From the NCBI RefSeq assembly GCF_009914755.1, contig NC_060934.1: a DNA stretch of 64,000 nucleotides. The stretch is one strand, 5' to 3'. Numbering within the stretch: position 1 is the stretch's first letter; every line of letters starts with the position of its first letter. Positions 55,191 to 64,000 of this stretch are shown here, piece by piece. This stretch comes from the human T2T-CHM13v2.0 reference genome, Homo sapiens. The notes under the pieces are model-generated. The model worked only from the letters and a program-made list of their open reading frames with translations. It did no database searches and was not told where the DNA came from. Made by a program: the position numbers and the translations under genes.

Positions 55191-58174
55191 ACGAAATCTG
55201 TGTTTTTAAGGAGGTCAAAGCAATATAGGTTTGTTGTTTGCTTTCTATTTTACACAGATATCACCTTCTCCCACTGTTACGATCTGATTTTTACAGTCAC
55301 ATCTATTTATGCTTAAGAATCTTTCTATGTTGTCTTCTATCATCAGATGCATAATTCGTTCTTCTCTTCAATGATTTTAGTTGCTAGTTTTCAAAAGTTT
55401 CCTTGCATTCTTTTCTCATTTCCTCAAACTGTCTTTTCACATTGGCCAACTCTCTTTCGAGTTTATCTTTTACTGCTTTTCTATGTTCTATTTTCTTTTA
55501 TCTATTAAGATAGGCAAAAGTTGTTTTGCCTAAAATAGTTACTAATTCCTGTGCAAAATCCATTTCTCAGATATGTTTTTCTGGAGCTTTTGAGAAAATG
55601 AATCTTTGATGAAGCAGAATACTCCAGATGCCCTCATCTTCCACTTTCTCTCCCTGTCTCTCTCTTCATCATCTTTGAATGAAGAGAGGTACAGCCAGTG
55701 GTTTGTTGTGGTTTGGTTTGTTTTGCCCATCATGGTGTCTATTGGTAGAATCAGGCTCTTTGATCTTAAGCTGGCAGGCAACGGGACATGGACAACTTTT
55801 ACATAAATCTCTAGTTTCTAGCAAGATCCTTCTATTTCATTTGCCTTTGCTGGAAAGAAGCTGAATTAACTACTTTCTCCTCCCACTGCTTGATATTCTT
55901 GATATAAGTTCTTTAATTCCTGAATGGCTTGAAGGACTCCAAAGCTCTTATTTTCAGAAGTAGAAAACAGAGACTCCTTGGAGGGTACTCTTACCCCCCA
56001 GACCCTTCTCCACGTCTGCCTGTGATGAACCACATGTCCTAAGATGCAAGGTGAGCCCCTTCTTCCTGGGAAGAAGAGGGACTGACAGGACTGCAGGGAG
56101 TGGGGAGGTGTTGACAGAGATATGGCAGCTGATGCACAGGCACTGCTGAGGAAGAGGTGGTGACTGTGGGGCAGGTGGCCTCTCCCTGCCTGTCCAGCCC
56201 TGAATCAGCTTCTGAGGTCTGGGAATCAATGGGTCCTAGATAATTTCTCCATTCAACCCATTCACAATGATCAGGAAGAATTTCTTTGAAAGCTGCAAAA
56301 TTATTAATTGGAGACCTTAATTTCCAGTGCAGGTGTAATTATTTGCATGCTTGGATGTATTTGTCTGTGAGAAGGCTCTGCCTCTTCTGTGGCTCCTCTG
56401 CTTCCTGAGAACAAGTTCACACTTTCCTGGAGGAGCCAAGAATCCTGAGTGGAAGAATGATGTAAAGTCCCCCAACAGTCCGTGAGGATCCTGGGGACTG
56501 ACTCACCCCACAGGTCTCATGTGATGGGACTTGTTTGAAGAGGCCCCAGAGCCCATCCCTGCCACGTCTCCTCCAGCAGCCCACACTTGGCTACTTGGAA
56601 TTGCCTGATTACAAAATGCTCCCCTTGATTTTGTGTCTTTGGACATTCTATGTCCTTAATTTGGAATTCATTCGACTCTTCCTGCCTCAAGGTGGCATCG
56701 GCCACAGAGGCCTTCCCTGAGGATCCCCCGCTAAGGTTCTCCTCAAACACCTGCAGAGAGCATGCGCCACTTGCATTTCTCCCCCAGGTCATATGTTGAC
56801 AGGCTAGCCCCCGAGGTGATGGCATGAGGAGGCTAGCCCTTTGGGAGGCTCAAAAATGGCCAACAGGCTTGTTTACAACAGAGCGTGATAACAGGCGACC
56901 ATCATCCTCCTGGTCACGAATGAGTGCAGTGTATATAAAAATGGGGTCCTTTATAATGATTATTAAAGCTTAGATAGCTTTTCCAAATTCATCCAAATTG
57001 TGCTTTTATATTATCTGAGACTCTGTGCCATGCAGTTCATTCTTAATCAACAGTAAGTGAGGGGTGGTCCGGTATTAGTCTCACCCCCATCTCTACCAGA
57101 GAGATTCCAACTTAGCTCAACAAACGATCCAGTTCATTCAAACAAACCTGCCTTCTGGGTTACATCATTTGAGTTCATAGTATAAATTGCTATTATCCCT
57201 AAAACAACAGTGCAAATTTTAAAAGTACTTAAAGAATGATCATTACAGAAAAATTACTACCTCTCCAAGAAAAGAAAATAAGCTTAGCTCACTAGACCTG
57301 TTTACAATGAGTGAGTTTGATTCACTCTTCCAGCTCTTTGGGAGCTCTGTTTCTGCTTCTATGATTAACTTGAAGGGGATCGATAAAATATATCTGATTC
57401 TAAGGCCACTTATTTCTGAATATAAAACTTTATAACAAGATTGATCTTTGTAATATAACTATTATATAATAGATTTATACATTATATATTTTAAATGTAG
57501 TACATGCATATATTTGTAAATGCATACTTTTATAATATATATTTGTGATACAAATTATTATAACATATAAATTTATCAATTCATAATAGGATATGAAAAC
57601 TTAATAGTAATTTTTAGTAATTACAGCATATATGAACATTTACGTGTGAGTGTTTTAATAAGGTTCTATTTTCTCATTAACTGCAGTAAAATTAAAACGA
57701 TTTACCTCAATTTTTAACTTACTTGGAGCTTACCCTACCTACCACCTTCACTTGTCCCCGTTCTTATCCCAGTTCTCTGTTAAGCAGTTAGTAACACATA
57801 AATAACCCCTTAGATGCTTTCTTTGGCCTAAGAGACATTCAATATGTGCATGCCAAAGTTGGGTAAATTCAAAGAATTCTGAAATTTATCAAAAAAGTAA
57901 AGTTTTCATGAAGCAACTCAGAAATTACCATCTCAAAACAAATACATTTGATTATTATTAAATTACCTTTGGTGTCAGGTACATTTCTCCCCAAAACATA
58001 ATTAAAATTGTAGGTGTTATATTCATATATGATCCGTAAATTAAAAAAAAGGGCAGAGAAGAGAAAAATCTAAGCTTTGTTGAATAGTAGACTAGGTTAG
58101 AATGAAAGGTTGTTCTGCTATTTATCATGTTTATAAGAAATATTATTTTATTTTGTTCTTAAAAATAGATCCAT

Positions 58175-58305
58175 TAATGGATACCCCATTCTCCATGATG
58201 TGCTTATTTCACATTGCATGCCTGTGTCAAAACATCTCACGTACCCCACAAATATATACACCTACTATGTACCCACAAAAAATTATAATAATTTGTAAAA
58301 ATTTA
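58175..58305 (+). mobile_element. Short L1MA-type 3' end
   Basis: atggataccccattctccatgatgtg...ctactatgtacccacaaaaatt; TSD-like aaaaatagatccat / aaaaatagatacat. Confidence 0.8.
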
Positions 58306-59832
58306 AAAAATAGATACATCCAAAAATCAAAGAAGGTAAAATCAATACAAATATGTTTCTAATGAAGTATTGCATATTTGCCACACAATAGTAAGTAAAT
58401 GATGTCCATAAGATGGAAAATCTATGAGAGGTGGCCATAAGCCTCTCCAACTAAAAGATATTTAGCACATTTATATATGAATTTCCTAAGAAGAAGGTGA
58501 AGGCATGGTGGAAAATGTCTATATTATACTCAGGGGTGAACTGAGAGAAGGGAAGTTCACATAAAGACTTTGTAGGAACAGGTGAGCTGATTTCACCATT
58601 TTTTAAACTACATTTGCTGGTTATTTTCATGACAGTTATTGCCAGTGCGTTAGGAAATTAAAATAATACCTTTTCATATACCAAAAGAACCCTCCAAAGT
58701 CATGTCATACTCATATAACACATGCCACTGAATCATCTTTTATCATCATTAAATTAAATAGGAAACATGATCATCTTAGTGTAAAATGTTTATAAATGTG
58801 CGCATGTACCATGCTCACTCAGATTTCAATTAATCCCTAATGCATAATTACAAGGACAAGTTGCAGTCAGAAATCATTTAGGCCTATGAGAAACACAAAT
58901 AGTTTAGTTGTTCTTCCTGACTTATTACTAAACAAGATTCATAGCAAATTGGAATAAATGTGTAGGCAAACAGAGAACAAAATAAATATATCTCCTAAAT
59001 CAGCACTGCATTATTCACAAGAACATCTTATTACTAAATTTTAGAGACACATATTGAGACAAGCTTGGTAGGTAGGAAATTACAAGAAGGTAATGTAATT
59101 CTGAAGCCATAAAATATTCCATAATGGAAGGTGTTGCACGACAATTTTGGCACGGGCAGCATTTGCTTTTATAAAATGATCCACATGTTAAGGTGATTTT
59201 AAAAATCAATTTAAAAATTCATAAGATGATTATATTCCCCTGTTACTATATAGGTTTATTATACAATCTTTCATCTAGGCATTGTTTCATGGGAGTCTGT
59301 TCCAGGACAAATGTTCTTTCAGGTCACTAGACTCCAAAGATAGAACAAAATCCATCTTTCAAAGAGGGCATTTTATAGTCCATCTCACTATCACCCGCAA
59401 TGTGAAGGCAAAATTCAGAGATCACACATGTTCCTGCGTCCTACAGACCAGCAAACATTATTCCTTGCACGTCGCCACAGAGAGGCAACATTTTTTAAAG
59501 AGTAGACTGATCAATTAGTGCCCCTATTAAGAGCTATCAGCAGGAAACCTGGTCCAATCCTAAAAACAGAGCACTGCAAATACAATTCTGTGAAAACCCC
59601 TTCAGCCATCTCTTCAACATCAGATCTCATATCCACCCACCCCAGAAAAAAATAGTGGATAAGCTATCCAAGACTAGTTTTTTTTAAAAAAGCTTCATGC
59701 TTGTGAAAAGGAATTATATTTTACCAAGATAATTGTTTCATTAAAATGATGAGTATGGTTTTCATATCTAAAACTAATTTATGATTGAAGCAAAAATGAA
59801 ACAGACATTGTCAATGTTATTTGGGCACCAAC

Positions 59833-60013
59833 CTGGGATGGGCTGAGGTGCTAACACCACCGTGGGGAGCGGCCTGGAGGCAGGAGCCGGCCTGGACAGA
59901 GACACAGCTACTTGATTTGCCAGCAAACGAGGCTTTTCATGCCCATGGAAAAACCTTGACTCCTCAGGATGTATCCACGTTGAGTCCAGAGCAAAGGAAT
60001 TATTAAAAAAGAT
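59833..60013 (-). CDS. TCERG1L: TCERG1L coding exon 3 ([16 protein letters not shown]...APQPIP; second half of WW domain)
   Basis: Acceptor TTATTTTTCGACAG|ATC, donor CCAG|GTTGGT; 181 nt, phase 0-1. Joined to exon 2 it gives the WW pattern W...FFxN...WxxP. Confidence 0.95.
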
Positions 60014-60774
60014 CTGTCGAAAAATAATGCAAGCATAACACTGAAGGCAAGGTGCATGATAAAAGCTGAGCATGACCATGAAAATATTTGTGTTGCCTTA
60101 CGTTGATCCAACATTGAACATTCTATTATTGGGGACTCTATAAAACCATCATTCTAAAACTTAAAGAAGTTCCACAGGGCTTCAATACCGATCACCATCT
60201 AGCTAATGTCTTCTGGGCTGGCCTTCAACTATTGACTTGGTCACTTCAGCCCAGCAGTTCAGTTCACTGATTGAAGAATCACCCCAATGAGATAATGACT
60301 AAGCTGTATGACAAGTCAATACTTTACTTCTTTAGTTTCCTTGTGAACAAAATGTAGTCAGTAAATTTGAACCCGAAAGCCAAAACAAACCATTAGAAAG
60401 ATGAAAACTTAAAGCATCATATGAAGAAAAACTGACTTTTAAAACTTCAACTGGTATTGTGTAATGTTCAAGTCTAGATTTTTGATCAATGGATACAAAT
60501 TTAAAAACAAAAAAATTTTAAAAAAGACTCTGATTCAAAAATTGGAAATTTTACATTGCCCTGTGGAATCCAAATATCCTAAACTAAAACAAAATGCCCC
60601 CCACCAGCTGATATTTTTGAACAAATCAATCTAATCCTGAAATGATTTATTTCTATACCTAGATGGCCAATTTATGGCAACAAGAAAATACATGGGTATT
60701 TTTGTTGTTATGTCGATGTTCGACAACTTAATCATTAAAAGCCCCTTATCCAATTAAATCACTTGCGTTTTTAC

Positions 60775-60921
60775 CTTACAGTTAGGAATCCTTTTGTCTA
60801 TCCAACTTTTCCCAATAGGGGTTGCAAGAGCAGAAGGGCAGAGATGTGGGAAGACGGGCACCAGCTCCACTGTGGAAGAGGGGGGCAGTCCTAGGGACGG
60901 AGAATGGCCACCAAACAGCCA
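60775..60921 (-). CDS. TCERG1L: TCERG1L coding exon 2 (WLFGGHSP...[12 protein letters not shown]; first half of WW domain)
   Basis: Acceptor TCTTTTCTTGCTTGGCTTGCAG|TGG, donor AAG|GTAAAA; 147 nt, phase 0-0, in frame with exon 1. Confidence 0.95.
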
Positions 60922-61456
60922 CTGCAAGCCAAGCAAGAAAAGACAGCTGCATTAGCCTGAATCCATCCACTCGACTTCATGCCAAAACATGCTGGAATAA
61001 CTGCTTTGAAAAGGGAATTTCAAAATGTATGTATTTGATTATCAGATAAATTTCCTCGAGAAAAACTATAAGTATGTACCAATCAAAGAAAAAATTATAG
61101 AAGTTTTCATATCTGAATCATCACAAAGCATTACCAACATTGCATTCTTCAATACTGAAAAAGAACTTCTAAGCACAAAACCACAAGCACGCAGTAAGAA
61201 ATGGGTTTCTGCTCTGAGATAATGAGAAATCACCATGAAGAAGAGAAATGCTGGGTATTCCTTTTCTAATTCTTAAATTATTTTTATAGGCAGGCTTAGG
61301 GCTATATTTTATAATATTCCTTTCAGCATTGCATTTTGTATTAATTACTTTTGTCGTTTTACAAATAACTAATACTTTCAAAATGAAAATATCTAGGAAG
61401 TTAAGATTCCAAGTTTCACCAATACAAGGTTCACCAATACAAATAGATTCTATGGC

Positions 61457-61480
61457 AAAAAAAAAAAAAAAAAAAAAAAA
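61457..61480. repeat. A24 homopolymer in intron 1
   Basis: Direct count; no adjacent retroelement body recognised. Confidence 0.9.
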
Positions 61481-62914
61481 CTAAGCATCTTCTAAGTTGA
61501 AGATCTCAATACACAGAATAAAACATCAGTCATGGAAAGGGGCTGGTAATTCAGGGCACCGTCTCTCTAATTAAAATAACTGAGACCTCATAAGGCACTA
61601 ATAAAATGCATTGCTCAATGACATGGAACGTTTCAGTACCTATTGTTTTAAAATCGTAAAAGCATTTGTGATGTTCCTGTTACATGAAAATGTTCTTCTG
61701 GTTGTACATATTCTTACTTTACAGAAGCTGGGTAGCACAAAAATATTTAAAAGATTAATGCTAAGGTTTTTTAAATTTTCTTTTAAATTTATATAAGTGA
61801 AAAAATGCAGTTTTTTAAAGCAGAATTTAAAAAATGTAGTTCCTTGACATTATATACCTCTAGTGGCAGCACTCTGATATAACACCCCTCCAAAATACGG
61901 CAAAAACTACCAACGTTTCTTGAATAAAATCCAAAATAAACTGCATCACACATAAAAATACAATATCCAGTGCTGCATATGTGATGTATCATTAAGTCTA
62001 AAGACCAATTTAGCAGGAGTTTAACAACATCTTTTAGAAAAGCTCACAAGATAATATTGGAATTAAATTAATCAAATGGTGTATTCTAACATAACACCCG
62101 TTTGAATATGCTAATGAGGTCAATCCTTGGAATAAAATGCACGCTATTCCCTGATTTAAATGCATCTGCATAGTTAGCTGACAATGAATCTTGCCCAAAC
62201 CAGCCCGCCTAGCTCTGCTGCACCATTTATCAAAGGTTCAGTCACTTTTTCTTTTTAATTCCATGTCTTAAAAGCCAAACTCTAGTTCTAAAGTGCAGTG
62301 TGGCATTAGCGAATGTGGTGGACTCCGGCAGGCCTGGGGCAGGGGAATCTCCGGTAACATCCCTCAGTACCGAAGGCAGGATTTCCCGGCCACTTCCGTC
62401 GGTTGGAATTCTCTTAAGCATTGCCCTGAGTCTATTTTCAAATGAAAGGGGGAAAAACCCAAACCAGATTAGAATCTGAAACAGCTGAAACAGCTATCGA
62501 TTTCCAGCTTGCTTTCAAGTCTGGCAGAGACTGTGAAAGTCCTAACTTCTCCGCGATGTCAGCCACGGCCCGCGGCGGTCACGGAGCCACTTCAGCACCT
62601 CGCGATGGACAGTGACCCCCGGCGTGGCGCGAGTTCCCTGCGGTCCCCACGCGGGCCTGGGCGGCGGGTCCCTCCACGGCTCCGTCCAGACACCCGGAGG
62701 CACCTGCCAAAGCTGCGGAGGTGGACGACCGGGCGTCCAAGCACGAACTTTCTCGCCGAGGCACGGCTGCCGGGCTCCGTCCTGAGGGTTTGGGGCGGCG
62801 AGGACCGCCGGGGAGGAGGGCGCGCGAGCCGGAGGCCAGAGCCGGGCCGGGCAGGGCGCGCCCAGGAGCAGGGGAGACGGCGACCCGGGCCGAGGCGGGA
62901 CGGGGACACGTTAC

Positions 62915-63256
62915 CTGCCCGTGGAGCGCGGGGAAGGGGTGCGCGGCGGCGGCGGCGGCGGAGTCTGGCGCAGAGGGCAGCGGCAGCAGCGGGAGCACCG
63001 GCTCGCTCGGGGCCGGCCAGCCGGGGAGACCGGGGAGCAGCGGGGCCGCGGGCGGCGGGGCCGAGGCGAGCAGCACCGGGGGAACCACGACCCCCGCGCT
63101 GAGCCGGAGCAGCCCGGCCGAGCCCGGCACCATCCAGACCCAGGGCGGCGGCGGCGGCGGCTCTGCGTCCATCGGCCAGAGGAGAGGCTGCCGCCGCCGG
63201 GGCTGCTGCTGCTGCAGCTGCCGCCGCCGCCGCTGGAACCTGGCGCCCGCCTGCAT
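62915..63256 (-). CDS. TCERG1L: TCERG1L coding exon 1 (codons 1-114; Arg/Gln/Pro/Ala-rich N-terminus)
   Basis: ATG at 63256 opens [39 protein letters not shown]...HPFPALHGQ, which I recognise as the TCERG1L N-terminus. Ends at donor CAG|GTAACG; 342 nt, phase 0; lies within the CpG island. Confidence 0.95.
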
Positions 63257-63828
63257 CCTACATCCCCGCGCTGACGGCGGCGGCGGGGGCGGCGGGCGCC
63301 CGAGATGCTGGGCCGGCGGCGGCGCGGCTCCGGAGCGAACTCACTTGGCTCCGCGGCGCGGCCGCTCGCTCCGCCCCTGCCCCGCGCGGGAAGCTCCTCC
63401 TCCTCCCGCCCGCGACGCCGCCGCCCCCGGACCCGGCCCCCGCCCCGGTCCCCGCCCGCCCGCGCCCCTCCCCGCCGGACCCCGCCCCGCCCTCGCGCTC
63501 CCCGGCCCTGGCCGGGGTCTCCTCCCCGCTGCGCCCCTGGACCCGGGCGGCCGCGGAGGACGTGGGTGGGAGAGGGCCGAGGGCGCGCCCGGCTGGGCTC
63601 CCGCCGATGCCGGCCCCCTGGTGGCCTCTGGCCCTCTGGGACCCAGCGCACCGCGAGGGAGGCTCCGGGCTCCGCACTCAAGGGCAAGCGGAAGCCGAGG
63701 TGGCGGCGCCGGAGCCAGGCATGTCCCGCTGCCCAGCGCGGGGCTGAGGGCGCAGACGGGGACCGCGCGAGCCGCTCTCTACCTGGCCTCCTCGGAGTCC
63801 AGGGCGCGGAGGGTACTGGGCTGCGGAT

Positions 63829-63862
63829 CCGGCGCAGGCGGCCCCGGCGCAGGCGGCCCCGG
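63829..63862. repeat. 15-bp tandem duplication in the promoter
   Basis: ccggcgcaggcggcc twice, plus ccgg. Confidence 0.85.
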
Positions 63863-64000
63863 ACGCTGCTAGGCGCGGGCGGATTTCTGTTGCACAAACG
63901 GGCCAAACAGGTTCGTAAGGCCCCCGCGGGTCCCCTGGCCCGGAAGTTGAGCCGCGGGTGCCTGGTCTAAAGTTCCGCGCCCCACAGTGGCCCGCGGGCC

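Larger units (their letters stand above)
62330..64000. promoter_or_regulatory. CpG island / promoter of TCERG1L
   Basis: Abrupt shift to very GC- and CpG-rich sequence around exon 1. Several GC boxes (CCCCGCCC, CCGCCC) at about 63405-63495; no TATA box seen. Runs off the window end. Confidence 0.92.

Noticed and set aside
62509-63970. Long overlapping ORFs in the CpG island (383, 331, 221 and 197 aa)
   Set aside because: Stop codons are rare in very GC-rich DNA. The products are low-complexity G/A/R/P, mostly without an ATG start. Only the exon 1 frame splices into a known protein.

Overview
Human (or very close primate) genomic DNA covering the 5' part of TCERG1L on the minus strand. It includes the CpG-island promoter, coding exons 1-4 (63256-62915, 60921-60775, 60013-59833, 12425-12240; all GT-AG and phase-consistent; 856 coding nt), a 47.4-kb intron 3 and part of intron 4. 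The gene name comes from my recall of the protein sequence, not a database search. The rest is intronic: Alu, L1, L2, MIR, LTR and DNA-transposon remnants, minisatellites and microsatellites. I see no foreign DNA, CRISPR array, RNA gene or novel protein-coding system, and nearly all listed ORFs are chance or repeat-derived. Five unexplained structures stand out: (1) an ATG-TAG start-stop element 1 nt before the main ATG; (2) a recursive-splice-site-like motif with a possible poison exon in intron 3; (3) an L1PA insertion carrying a 3' transduction; (4) a 167-bp templated insertion with snap-back junctions; (5) a candidate intronic polyadenylation route after the weak exon 3 donor. Repeat subfamily names are by eye and should be confirmed with RepeatMasker/Dfam.
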